DNA of 64,000 bases, taken from contig NC_042997.1 of the NCBI RefSeq assembly GCF_006345805.1, positions 13,950,001 through 14,014,000 on the forward strand. The letters run 5' to 3'. The DNA is from Octopus sinensis. Taxonomy: Eukaryota. The notes beneath the pieces are model-generated. The model did no database searches. It saw only the letters and a list, made by a program, of their open reading frames with translations, and had not been told where the DNA came from. The translations under genes and the position numbers were made by a program. Positions within the stretch are counted from its first letter, which is position 1. Each line of letters begins with the position of its first letter. Shown piece after piece: positions 50,184 to 63,041 of the stretch.

Positions 50184-52260
50184 TCAGGGAGGAAGTGGAC
50201 GCAGCTGGTATGTTTGAGTACATAGGTTTTCTTTTCTAGTCATTAGCTTGTTCATAAAAATAAAGGTGAAGGTAGAGAGAAATATGCTGCCTTTCAGTAA
50301 CATTATGAGAGGGGAAAAGAATAGCAAAATTGGCATAGCTGAAATAGGCCTGTATCTAAATCCTGGTTTGTGTACTAGGTACTCCAAGTCCCCCTATCTG
50401 CTCCCCACCATTTTAGGGATCCATCTTTGCTCTTAATTTGTTGTTCTATACTGTTGCTGCTAGTTATTGTCATCTATTTATTAATGTGACTGTATTGTTA
50501 TTGTTGACCTCACCTTTTTTTACTCAATGTAATTCTTAGTTGTTGTCTTCTTTTGTATTCTGCTTATGAAGTCACCAACATCGTGTATCCTTGTAAGCAA
50601 AGAAATAAAACGGTCTATTTTTTGTTATAGTCCTATGTTTACGGAGTGTTTTCACAACCTGTCGAGTGCATTACTTTATACATTGAGATGTGCAGTGCTA
50701 TGTTTGAGTTTTGTATTTCTCTTGTATTCAAAATACTCGATGCAATATGAGCACAGTGTCTAAAATTGTTATTTTCTGTGCTGCATGTTGTGTATATCTG
50801 CAAGTTTTGGGGTTTCGGTTATATATACGCATACATGTGTTTAACACTTCCCAAGGTATTTATTACTATGCAAATTATTTCTGTTTACAAACTCCACATT
50901 CTATTTACCTTTTTCCTCCAGGTCTTTAAATTTGGTTAGTTTCTCCTTTTCTTTTAGAGAACCTATTGTCTTCTGAAACTGAGGCTACGGTAATAATAAA
51001 CTTCCTTTTGTATGTTTCCTTGACAACAATATCCCGTAGAGTAATACTTATTTGCATGTATTGGGATATGCAGAGAATGTTCGTTTTACCATGCTTTGAG
51101 ATCTTTTTAAATGTTTGCTTAAACCACCTCCTTTCTGTTACAATACTTCTGTCACAATACTTACATAACAATCAGAGTATAAATCTCCCAACTCTTTCAT
51201 ACGAGTGGAAGTAAATTTGTAAACTTCCTTAGCCATGTCTGAGCACATAGAAATACGGTTAATTATATCTTCTTAACTTCGATATAGTCTCTATTATCTT
51301 AATGTAAAAGGTGTGATGCATCACAGCTTTTGTTAATGCCTAGTGGGAGAGACTTATTCTGTTCCGCAAGCAAGAGCCCATTCGCCTCAGTTTTGAGCCC
51401 TGAGCTTCTCAGTGTTGACATTTTTCGCGTTTATTTTCACTTTCATTTTGTCCTTTTTTAAAAAAAGTATTTCTCAAGTAGTGGTTTTACAGTCCATACT
51501 TATACACGGCATTCTATCGCTTCGCTTCGTTTCAAATTAAATTTCCCTTTCACAAAATTTCAGTTGTTTCTCCTCTCTGACCACAACTGTCTATCATTTC
51601 AGCCTCTGTTATGTAATTTGTAGCTTCCTTGAAAATAGAAAGCATTTTTTTTCTGTTCTTTTTCTTTTGTACGTGTTCTGTGGCCACTTGTATTAGTTGT
51701 TTTTGTTCTTCGAAAAGTACTTTTGCACTACTACAGTGGATACTGTTTCATAATTTTCTAGATACATTAGGCCTCTACACTTAATATTCATTATAAATAT
51801 AATCTCTCTATGTCAGAATTGAAGTTGCATATTCTAAATAAAGTCATTATTTTTCTTATATTTCTCTGTCTAATGTTGCTAATTCAATTATTTTCTAACT
51901 GAGAATATTATAACAGTAAATTATTACAGGAACAGCATAATATTTATGGCTATTACCCTAGTTTTCATTTAGTCTTGTTTAATTAAATCTGTCTATATTG
52001 TTTCTTCTAATCCATTATCTCGTTTGTTTGTTGTACACTGTCTACTTCATAGATTCTTAAGTATTTCTATGTCTATGTTAACCTATCTTCCTCATCTGTA
52101 TTTCTTTATCCTGGCTGATATTGATATTGGCGTATAAACATTCATCAAGTAAATTCCTGTAATGTGCGGAGAAGCGTTTCTTTAATTGTTTATCATCAAC
52201 AGTATACTGCTTGAGGTCGAGAGTAAATAAAAGCAGTTGAGTCCTTCCATATAAGAATCC
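50184..52260 (-). pseudogene. Possible very old LINE remnant (endonuclease to RT start)
   Basis: Only faint motifs: NVYTP (APE-like NVYAP) near 52130 and YRPIS near 50340, in the expected order. Confidence 0.25.
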
Positions 52261-52876
52261 GCTACGGCTTAATATATTAAAACTACACAGAATTCAGATG
52301 AGGGTAAAGGTGTGGAGAAATATGTGGAGCGAGATAGTGGCTTGGAATATTTCTGCTCATATGGTATTTTTTATAATTAGTTTTCATAATTCTGTATTTA
52401 ATTTGTGGTTTTAGAATTATTTACCATTTATCAGATAAAATTAACCAGATCATCATTTGTGCTCTCGTTTTCATGATTAATTGCTTCAGGACCCACATTT
52501 GAGGTACGCGGTCAAAATCCTCCTAGTAGTCACCCTATGTCATACCCTGGTCCTTCTTTATTCTAGATTCTTCGGTTATACCTTTATTGATCAGTAATTC
52601 ATTTTTACAGCAATATGAACCTTTTTAGTATCAATTCTTCCCTAGAACAAGTTATTTATTCCAATAGTCAAATTTAAAGATTTTAGTGTTCGCTGTTTCA
52701 TCGGTGTTGGCGATTTAATATATATATATAAAGCTTATAAGCGATCACCGTGGATTGACTAAGATAAATAATTCGGCAGCCTCTACTTTTTTTCCGTCGA
52801 GGTCTTATATGCTCTAATATTAGACTATTTACAGATTGTAAAATTCGGCACCGCCTACCAACTAATCGCATACATA

Positions 52877-52915
<39 letters not shown>

Positions 52916-53320
52916 CAGCAGCAGTAGTAAATAAAATCTTATGTAGGTCTGTGTGCGCGAGTGTATATGTATACAAACACTTATGCATGTATGCATGTAT
53001 GTATGTATATACGTATGTATGTATGTATGTATGTATGTATGTATGTATGTATGTACGTATGTATGTATGCATGTATGCACGCATGTACATGAAATGTATT
53101 AGTCTGTATTACAACGGTGTGATATTCGTTTCAAATGTCGGTCTTCTTTTTTTTTTTTTTTCGCTATTTAATTATCACATTTCCTAATATAGAAGTGAGA
53201 AGATATCAGTGTAAACTAATTGATAACACAGTAATTGGGTAAATGGTAGATATTTCAACAGTTACATTCTGCTGTAAATTTGTTTTCGCTACTTTATAGA
53301 AGCAACTCAGCATTTCTCAT

Positions 53321-53755
53321 TTTTGGTGGTGGTGGTGGTGGTGGTGGTGGTGGTGGTGGTAGGAGGAGGAGGAGGAGGAGGAGGGGGAGGAGGGGATGAA
53401 AAGGAGGGGATGGGGAGGAGGAAGTGGAGGATGAAGAGGTGGAAGAAGAGGAGAAAGAGGAGGAGGAAGAAGTGGAGGAAGAAGCGGAGGAAGAAGCGGA
53501 GGAAGAAGCGAAGGAAGAAGCGGAGGAAGAGGAGGAGTGGAGAAAGAAGCGGAGGAAGAGGAGGGACAGGGGGAGGAAGGAGAGGAAGAGGAGGTAGGGG
53601 CAGGAAAAAGAAGAGGAGGAGGAAAAGCAGGAAGGGGGCAGGAAAAAGAAGAGGAGCCGGAAAAGAGAAGGAAGAAGGGAAAGAGGAGAGAGTGAAGAAA
53701 AGGACGAAGGAGGAGGAGGAGGATAACGACGAGGAGGAGGGGGAGGAACTTCAGT
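53321..53755. repeat. (GGT)n then about 390-bp G/A-dominated polypurine tract
   Basis: Direct reading. Confidence 0.9.
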
Positions 53756-54442
53756 AGCAGAAGCAACTTGCTCAGACATAATTTGCTAAGCGTTTGGGTG
53801 TTAATGGTAATGCTGATGTTAATGTTGTCTGTTGGTTGTTTCTGATAAAACTGGAATTGGTCATGAAGACGCTGGAAGTTGACAGCGATAACCTAAATGA
53901 TGTTTGTGGAGGTGATGGTAGGGTGTGATTTTTTTTTCCTTGACCAAAGACCAATCATTGTTCATATGTCACCGTCTGCGATACAAGTTCAAATTCTTAG
54001 TGATGCTTGCTGTCAGTGAATAATGACGTCTGTTCTACAACTGGTGGTACTTGACCCCGTGTACTAGCAGCGCTCCTGGCGACATTGTTGATGGGACTGG
54101 TTACGTTGTTTGTGGAAATGCAATTTCTGGAGGATATAATAGTGTTGCTGATAATATTGTAAATCATGTTTCACACCTACGACACCACACCGTATGTATA
54201 ACATTATCCAATGTGTCCTTTCTTATCTTTTCTGTTATTTTTTTAAGAAAGAGTATGAGTTGAGGAAAATATTAGGTTTTCAATCTAGCAAACGAGTCAT
54301 CAACGTGGTTGTTAATGGTTTTGGCGAGGTTGTCGATCGCGTTGTTGGTGACTCAGTTTTATGTTTTTAGTAATGTTAGAGCTATTGCTCGTCTTTGTTC
54401 AATGCAATTGTCATATGTGGCGTGGTAGTATAAGCAAATATA

Positions 54443-54672
54443 CGGTGAGCTGGCAGAAACGTTAGCACGCCGGGCGAAATGCGTAGCCGTATTTCGTCTG
54501 TCGTTACGTTCTGAGTCCAAATTCCGCCGAGGTCGACTTTGCCTTTCATCCTTTCGGGGTCGATAAATTAAGCACCAGTTACGCACTGGGGTCGATGTAA
54601 TCGACTTAATACCTATGTCTGTCCTTGTTTGTCCCCTCTATGTTTTAGCCCCTTGTGGGTAATAAAGAAATA
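54443..54672 (+). mobile_element. SINE family B with 18-bp TSD
   Basis: ggtagtataagcaaatat at 54424-54441 and 54673-54690. Confidence 0.92.
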
Positions 54673-54943
54673 GGTAGTATAAGCAAATATGCCGTTTATT
54701 GTTGATTTCTTTCCGAATTCATAGACTGACAGAATCCGTATTGTCCAAAAAACTAACCAGAGTTGAATTTGTCTTTCGTCGTTTTTCGTTCGTTGAAATC
54801 GGTGCCTTTCAAGTTCTAGAGTAAAATTTACCAAATATACAGCACGCCCCAACAAAAAACTGTTATCTTTTGACTATACTAGAAATCATCATCGTTATCA
54901 TCGTCTTTGGTGTTATATTGGTATTTGGTAATAGCTTACATAA

Positions 54944-55175
54944 AGGTGACGAGCTGGCAGAAACGTTAGCACGTCGAGCGAAATGCTTAGCAGTATTTCG
55001 TCTGCCGCCTCGTTCTGAGTTCAAATTCCGCCGATGTCGGCTTTGCCTTTCATCCTTTTGGGGTCGATAAATTAAGTACCAGTTACGCACAGGAGTCGAT
55101 GTAATCGACTTAATCCCTTAGTCTGTCCTTGTTTGTCCCCTCTATGTTTAGCCCCTTGTGGGTAATAAATCAACA
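54944..55175 (+). mobile_element. SINE family B with 15-bp imperfect TSD
   Basis: ggtaatagcttacat (54927-54941) / ggtatgagcttacat (55176-55190). Confidence 0.88.
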
Positions 55176-55746
55176 GGTATGAGCTTACATGTTCGTTTCA
55201 TGCTCTCTCTCTCTCTCTCCACACATATATATATATGCATATGTATATTTATCTCTCACTTTCCCTCTCTCTCTATCGCTCTCCCTTTTCTCTCGCTATT
55301 TCTCTCCTTTTGGATTTAACACGTTAACACTTGATGGGAAAAAAGATTTTTTCGGTATATTTTATCGATAACTTCACATATGAACATTTCAGTGGCCACA
55401 TATGTTTGTCTTTGAACAATTTTATATTTCCATACTCTGTAAACTGTGGTTAGTGAAGACCGATAATGGCTTTTTAGGGACTAGCATGAAGAGGTAATCA
55501 CCATTTTGCTAGTAGTACTAGTTTAGACAAATACGCTTCCATATATAACCTTGTGATAATATATTCACATAGAGGGAAGATAGGGAGACTGAGAAAAGAA
55601 ACAACGACATCGAACGAACAGAAAAATCAAACATTACAAACGGAGAGGAATAATCTTTCGCAAAAAAAACTCAATACTATTAATTTTGTCCTGTGTGGAG
55701 AATCGCTAAGTATTTTGTAATACACATCATAGCTCGAAGAAAAATG

Positions 55747-56423
55747 GGATCTTTACCTTTTGACCTACAGATTTAAAAAATATACCGAAAGTTCTTGTAA
55801 ACAACGGCAGTAATTTTATTCAGCTGAATACACGTCAGTGATTGGTTGAAATTACCGAAATAGGACTACTTTAACGTGAAATTACTTCGTAAATATAAGT
55901 TTTTCTCAAAAATGCTAAGAGTAAAAGATGTTTTATATGACACATTCTACCAGTGTTCGAAATTTGAAAGTGCTTAGTTGCAAAAATTATTTTTTTGTCG
56001 GAGTGGCTGTGTGGTAAGTAGTTTGCTTACCAACCACATGGTTCCGGGTTCAGTCCCACTGCGTGGAAACTTGGGCAAGTGTCTTCGACTATAGCTTCGG
56101 GCTGACCAAAGCCTTGTGAGTAGATGTGGTAGACGGAAACTGAAAGAAGTACGTCGTATATATGTATATATATATGTATGTGTGTGTATATGCTTGTGTG
56201 TCTGTATTTGTTCCCCCAACATCGCTTGACAACCGAAGCTGGTGTCTTTACGACCCCGTAACTTAGCGGTTCGGCAAAAGAGACAGATAGAATAAGTACT
56301 AGGCTTACAAAGAATAAGTCCTGGGGTCGATTTGCTAGAATAAAGGCGGTGCTCCAGCATGGCCACAGTCAAATGACTGAAAGAAATAAAAGAGTAAATC
56401 TGTAGGTCAAAAGGTAAAGATCC
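55747..56423. mobile_element. MITE with 29-bp perfect TIRs and 8-bp TSD (Merlin-like), interrupted by a SINE
   Basis: TIR ggatctttaccttttgacctacagattta (55747-55775) and its reverse complement (56395-56423). TSD gaaaaatg at 55739-55746 and 56424-56431. Confidence 0.85.
55997..56394 (+). mobile_element. SINE family A nested in the MITE
   Basis: Near full-length; inserted in the T-run just inside the right TIR. Confidence 0.9.
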
Positions 56424-57103
56424 GAAAAATGAATACGAGATAGAAGCGCGTGATCAAAAGCAGCGCAGAAAGGCGAAACTACATCTTTTACAGCTATAAA
56501 AAGAGGACATTTTTACTAGTCTTAAATTATATAAAAACAACTGCAGAGTGATGTAGCCGATGCGTAGAACAATGTGGTTTCCATCAATTGCGCAAGATGA
56601 TAGTAGTATTTTCCTGGTCGTCAATTCAAAGGATTAGGATGAGTGTGTCAGTATTTAATAGCTATGTATTGCAAACCTAAATATAATTGAGGCGATTGTT
56701 CGCTATAAGAATATTGTGGCCTTTTGGTAGGTTTATTGTCTCATTATCCCTCAAAATGCAAAGCAGTACCAAAAAGATTCTTTCGAGATTCTCGATCTTA
56801 ACCGAAATATATGAAACACCACTGCCAGTTATTTAACTAATTTAATGCTGACTGATGTTTTATTTTATCCACAACGGAAGGACGAAAAGCAATGTAAACT
56901 TCGATGTCATTTGAATACAGAATATATAAAGATATGTAGCTGAATACCCCAATGCACTTTGCTAGACCATCTAACTATTCCACCAGTTCACTGCCTTAAA
57001 ATATTCTATTAACTAATAGCTAACTGATCCTTTTTAATTTGGGGCACGGGGCCAGCAACTTCGAGGGTACCCAGTGCTCAAGTGATACTTATTTTATTTA
57101 TTA

Positions 57104-57335
57104 AGGCGGTGAGCTGGCAGAATCGTTAGCATGCCGGGCGAAATGCGTAGCCGTATTTCGTCTGCCGTTACGTTCCGAGTTCAAATTCCGCCGAGGTCGA
57201 CTTTGCCTTTCATCCTTTTGGGGTCGATAAATTAAGTACCAGTTACGCACTGGGGTCGATATAATCGACTTAATCCGTTTGTCTGTCCTCGTTTGTCCCC
57301 TCTCTGTTTAGCCCCTTGTGGTTAGTAAAGAAATA
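57104..57335 (+). mobile_element. SINE family B with 16-bp TSD
   Basis: gatacttattttattt at 57084-57099 and 57336-57351. Confidence 0.92.
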
Positions 57336-57457
57336 GATACTTATTTTATTTACCACGATAGCATGAAAAGCCACGTCAACACAGGTGGTATTTGAACTAA
57401 GAACGTAAAACCGGAAGAAATGCCGCTAAGCATTTCCTTCGTCGAGCTAACGTTTCT

Positions 57458-58390
57458 TATTTCTGTACTGCCCACAAGGAGCTAAACATTGAGGGGACAA
57501 ACAAGGACAGACAAAGGGATTAAGTCGATTATATCGACTCCAGTGCGTAAGAATGAAGGGCAAAGTCGACCTCGGCGGAATTTGAACTCAGGACATAGCG
57601 GCAGACGAAATACCTATTTCTTTACTACCCACAAGGAGCTAAACACAGAGAGGACAAACAAGCACAGACAAACAGATTAAGTCGATTATATCGACCCCAG
57701 TGCGTAACTGGTACTTATTTAATCGACCCCGAAAGGATGAAAGGCAAAGTCGACCTCGGCGGAATTTGAACTCAGATCATAGCGACAGACGAAATACCTA
57801 TTTCTTTACTACCCACAAGGAGCTAAACACAGAGAGGACAAAGGACAGACAAACGGATTAAGTCGATTATATCGAACCCAGTGCGTAACTGGTACTTATT
57901 TAATCGACCCCGAAAGGATGAAAGGCAAAGTCGACCTCGGCGGAATTTGAACTCAGAACATAGCGACAGCAGCGAATACCTATTTCTTTACTACCCACAA
58001 GGAGCTAAACACAGAGAGGAAAAAGGACAGACAAACGGATTAAGTCGATTATATCGACCCCAGTGCGTAACTGGTACTTATTAATCGACCCCGAGGATGA
58101 AAGGCAAAGTCGACCTCGGCGGAATTTGAACTCAGAACATAGCGACAGACGAAATACCTATTTCTTTACTACCCACAAGGAGCTAAACACAGAGAGGAGA
58201 AAACAAGGACAGACAAACGGATTAAGTCGATTATATCGACCCCAGTGCGTAACTGGTACTTATTTAATCGACCCCGAAAGGATGAAAGGCAAAGTCGACC
58301 TCGGCGGAATTTGAACTCAGAACATAGCGGCAGACGAAATACCGCTAAGCATTTCGCCCGGTGTGCTAACGTTTCTGCCAGCTTACCGCC
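57458..58390 (-). mobile_element. SINE family B tandem array: five units of about 160-185 bp, one complete head
   Basis: Tail ends (tatttc) at about 57458, 57615, 57799, 57981 and 58159. Only the unit ending at 58390 has the A-box head. Confidence 0.9.
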
Positions 58391-59156
58391 TTGACTTTTG
58401 TCTTTATTAACAATTTGATTTTCTAATTGTTTAATGTCGCGCAGCGGTTATCAAAGGTTATGCTTCCTTCCTTGGTGTCCATACTTTCAGTCAAGTTTAA
58501 CTGTTCCTCCTCTAATATATATTTTATTTGCCTAAAATCTGCTCACGCAGCATTTTACTTCTTGTATCCAATTCTCTCTTTTTTATTCAGTGTGCATTTT
58601 TTTTAACACTCACCTCCCGATAGAATAATTGGCCTCGTGCCTATATCAAAATCAATATATACTTCTCATAAATGTGATAAACTGAGTTAATATACATTTC
58701 CCTTATCAGAAGATGCATCGATAGCTGATTACAACTAATATAGATCATTATTCGATGTCATTAACATATTTAGATGAAAGATATAGCAGGTTTGTTGGGG
58801 CTATCTTACAAATTGGTTACTCGTGTTCTAATAAGAGCTAACTTTTCTTTAGATTGTTGAAGTGTTATCTGCTTTGACCTAGGTCAAAGAGTAATTACTG
58901 TGATCGATCTGTGCTTAATTCAGAAAACTTATCTCTTACTAAGTGACAACTGAATAATGTAGAACGGTGTCGTGTCATATATATACAATATACAAAAAGA
59001 GAGAGGAGGAGGAGAGGAGAGAGAAAGAAATAGATCGCTGAATAGATAGATACATACATATATTATATATACGCGTGTCTGTTTGTATATGTGCACACAT
59101 ACCAAACACAACACATGACCATACATACATATACATACATATATATAATATATATA

Positions 59157-59206
<50 letters not shown>

Positions 59207-60472
59207 TATATATATATATTATATATATATATAGCCCACAGATAAAAATCCGACATTCTCAGTTTAGAAAACACTTAATAGTACTCAAATGATTCAAACT
59301 AACAATCCGATATCATTATACGGGATCAATTCGGAAGACAGTGTAACTTGAAGCATTTTACTAGCACAACAATCGTTTCGGCTTCATTCTGCACTGTTCC
59401 CTAATGGGCGTGGAACGATGTAATAACACCAGATGCAACGCACAGCGCAAAAGAGCCTCGTCAGGTGACGTAAGATGGATGCTTCACAAGTTCACATTTT
59501 ATTTTCGCTTCAAGTTTTATGTTGATGGTGTGATTCTAACTGTTGAGACACATTTGGTAAAAGTGAGGAAGATGTGGTCAGGGATAAAATAAAAAGAATA
59601 AAAGCACAAAGCATTTGATATGACTAGAAGTAGCGGTATTTATATCTTTGGTCAATAAGTCATTGCTAATAAATAAGAATAAAAATTATCTAGTGGAAAT
59701 GGAGAGGGTTTTTATGGCATTATATTGAACGGCATTAGCGTGCATAAGCATTTGTTGGTTGGTCAAATTCCAGTCTTTAGACGATGTTACTGGCTACAGC
59801 TACCCACACGCACAGACTGACATTCACACGCATGCATATATATATATATATACAAGCGCGCGCACGCCTGTATACATTCATGCTCACATGCACCCACCTT
59901 CACGCACACACATATACACATACATATCGACAGACATCAGTCAACCTGTCAATAGGCACGCACATTCACTCACTCACGCACACATATGCTTGCCCATATA
60001 CGCACTTGTGCCACCCTTTCTCATGTATACATATGTATCACTCTATATTTACACGGACACCGACCTCCCCACACACACACGGGTACAGGCGTGCGCATGC
60101 GCGCGCTCACATACACACATACACATACACTTACACACACACACTTGCACACATGCACATACAGACACACAAATATATATATATATATGTACGTACACAT
60201 AAACGTATATATATATATATACACGTACACACAGACACACACACAGGCTTTAAGCCACAGGTGCACACACGCGCATACAGACACACAAACCCATATAAAT
60301 GTACGTACATCGACCCCCCCACACACACACACGGGTACATCCGTGTGCCTGCGCGTGCCCACACATACGCACGCACACGCACATACATATACGCACACAC
60401 ACACTTACATACGTACTGACACCCATACCTGTGCACCCGCACATACAGATACTCAAATCTGTACACACATAC

Positions 60473-60650
60473 GTATTTCGTCCATCTTTACGTTGAGTTC
60501 AAATTCTGCCGAAGATGACTTTGCCTTTCATCCTTTCGGGGTCAAAAAAAATAGTATCAGTTGAAAACTTGGGTCGATGTAATAGACTCTTTTCCCGCCC
60601 CCAAAATTGCTGCCCTTGTAACAAAATTTGAAACCATTATTATTATTATT
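60473..60650 (+). mobile_element. SINE family B, head-less, tail type 2
   Basis: Starts at gtatttcgtc; ends ccttgtaacaaaatttgaaacc-(att)n. Confidence 0.7.
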
Positions 60651-61050
60651 GATAATATTACTGTATTACTTACTTTCAATCAGTACGTTTTTTGATGCAA
60701 TCACTTACCGAGACACACCCAGAACCCTAGGGAAAGTGAAAGTTAAGAGATGTAGAAATATAACTGAAAACTTGGGGAGGGCATGTGGTGAAGGCAGTGG
60801 GGAAATACTTCCATATAATACAATACAAATATTTACAGTTATAGGTTTTTCTAAGGATGTGGGTAGTACTTGTCCGCACAAGCTTTTGGATTACTTTAAG
60901 GCATGATTCTCCTGGGATGTTGTCTAGATGTTTCTGACATCCCTTTTTTTATCATACCTGGTGTACCTACAATAACGGGAACAGTTTTTGTTTTGTATTT
61001 TAATTTCTAGGTCCTTACATTTATTAATTTTGTTAAATTCCTTTACAGAT

Positions 61051-61221
61051 AGGCGCAGGAGTGGCTGTGTGGTAAGTAGCTTGCTTAGCAACCACATGGT
61101 TCCGGGTTCAGTCCCACTGCGGGCATCTTAGGCAAGTATCTTCTGCTATAGGCCTCGGGCCGACCAATGCCTTGTGAGTGGATTTGGTAGACGGAAACTG
61201 AAAGAAGCCTGTCATATTATG

Positions 61222-61318
<97 letters not shown>

Positions 61319-61520
61319 ATATATATATATTATATATATATATATATATAATATGTATATGTATGTGTTTGTGTGTTTATGTGTCTGTGTTTGTCCCTAG
61401 CATTGCTTGACAGCCAATGCTGGTGTGTTTACGTCCCCGTCACTTAGCGGTTCGGCAAAAGAGACCGATAGAATAAGTACTGGGCCCACAAAGAATAAGA
61501 CTGAAACAAGTAAAGAGAGA
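61051..61520 (+). mobile_element. SINE family A with an expanded internal (TA)n of about 160 bp
   Basis: Head and most of the tail intact. Confidence 0.88.
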
Positions 61521-61750
61521 GATATATTTTTATCAGTGTGAACACTTATGACTATTAGTCTACAAGAATTTTCTTCCCACTTTTTTAAAATTATGTCTGG
61601 TAGACTAGCCTGGATTGTTCTATCTGTGTTGACTGCAAAATCCCAGATGAGGGTAACATTATTATCTTCAGTGGCTGGCGTAAGTGTTGATTATTATAAT
61701 AAGTTGGATTAAAAGAGAATTATAAATCTAATATTTATTAATTTTGGAGA

Positions 61751-61955
61751 AAAAAATCTATCATTTATCATGAGTACTCAATAACTGTGGACAAAAGCCT
61801 TATTAATTAAGTGAATATATTAGGGGTCAAAAAATCTATCATTTATTATGAGTACTCAATAACTGTGAACAAAAGTCTTATCAATTAAGTGAATATATTA
61901 GGGGTCAATAACTGTGGACAAAAGTTTTATTAATTAAGTGAATATATTAGGGGTC
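61751..61955. repeat. 78-bp minisatellite, about 2.6 units
   Basis: Units 61751-61828, 61829-61906 and a partial 61907-61955. Confidence 0.85.
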
Positions 61956-62090
61956 AATGATATATATTAGAAAAAGTGGAAGAGGAGTAATCAAGGGGAG
62001 TCAATTTCTCAATTTTAGTAGATGGAGAGAATTGTTATTAATGAATTAATTTAAGAATCTGTTAGACATAATATTTACTACTCCGGCGGA

Positions 62091-62131
<41 letters not shown>

Positions 62132-62602
62132 TATATATATGCATCAGCACAGGCATCCATACACACATACACTTACTCACGTACGCACACACATACACAC
62201 ACTAACGCACGCACACACGCAGATGATAGAGTTGACTATCGACGGTATAAACTTAAGCGGCGAAATATCGTGACACGATTCGCATGATTAGCAGTATAGA
62301 TCTACAGGAATACAAAATGTCCGACATGTTGATTTTCGTTGAATATCAATAATTTCTCAGCAATTTAGCCAAGACCAATGTTTTATTTCTAAGTGATGCT
62401 TCTTCCAAAAATATGAATCGTAAGTAAAGTGGGTGCTGATATTAAAGAGAGTAGAGTAAATGTTTATTCAAGAAGATTGAGTGGATCTGATTTAGTAAGT
62501 GCTACTAATCTTATACATATGCTGGCGCATATGTATAAGTATATATGTGTGTGTGTGTATGTGTGAAATAAAGTACCGCAAAGGTAGAATTATAAACAAA
62601 TG

Positions 62603-62988
62603 GGAAGTAGTGGTACAACAAGGTACCAATTTTTGCTAGAAATAGCAGTCGATAATCGTGAAAATCTAGGTAAAGCTTCACTGAATGTATAGAAGCAAAG
62701 ATGTGTGCGGGCAGCGAATATTAAAGAAAATTGTCTTACCCCTAGGAAGAACGCCATAGAAATGGACAACCTAGTACTCGAGTTTCGAACTTTTCAGAAT
62801 ACGTTTGTTATCGTAAAACTGATTGGTTTTCATCAGCTAGGTCCACCGAAGAGACTAAATTTTAAAATTCCGCTACATCAGTGCCTGTTTACTCGGCCGA
62901 TTTCTCCAGCCATAAACAGAACCAAGATCAGTAAAAAAGTTATCGACTGCTATTTCCAGAAAAATTGATACCTTGTGCCACTATTTCC
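62603..62988 (-). mobile_element. Inverted-repeat-bounded element with an internal hammerhead (Penelope-derived candidate)
   Basis: Arms 62603-62655 and 62940-62988 are inverted (about 50 bp, imperfect) and contain (t/g)gaaatagcagtcgataa; (TA)n on the right. Confidence 0.7.
62769..62842 (-). ncRNA. Type I hammerhead ribozyme motif
   Basis: Minus strand: acctag-CTGATGA-[a aac..tcag..tacg ataacaaa cgta..ctga..gtt c]-GAA-actcgagt-A-ctaggt. 6-bp stem I, palindromic stem III, GUA triplet, long bulged stem II. Confidence 0.8.
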
Positions 62989-62997
62989 TATATATTC

Positions 62998-63041
<44 letters not shown>

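Noticed and set aside
57458-58390. CRISPR-like array
   Set aside because: Units are whole SINE bodies without unique spacers; the context is eukaryotic with no cas genes.
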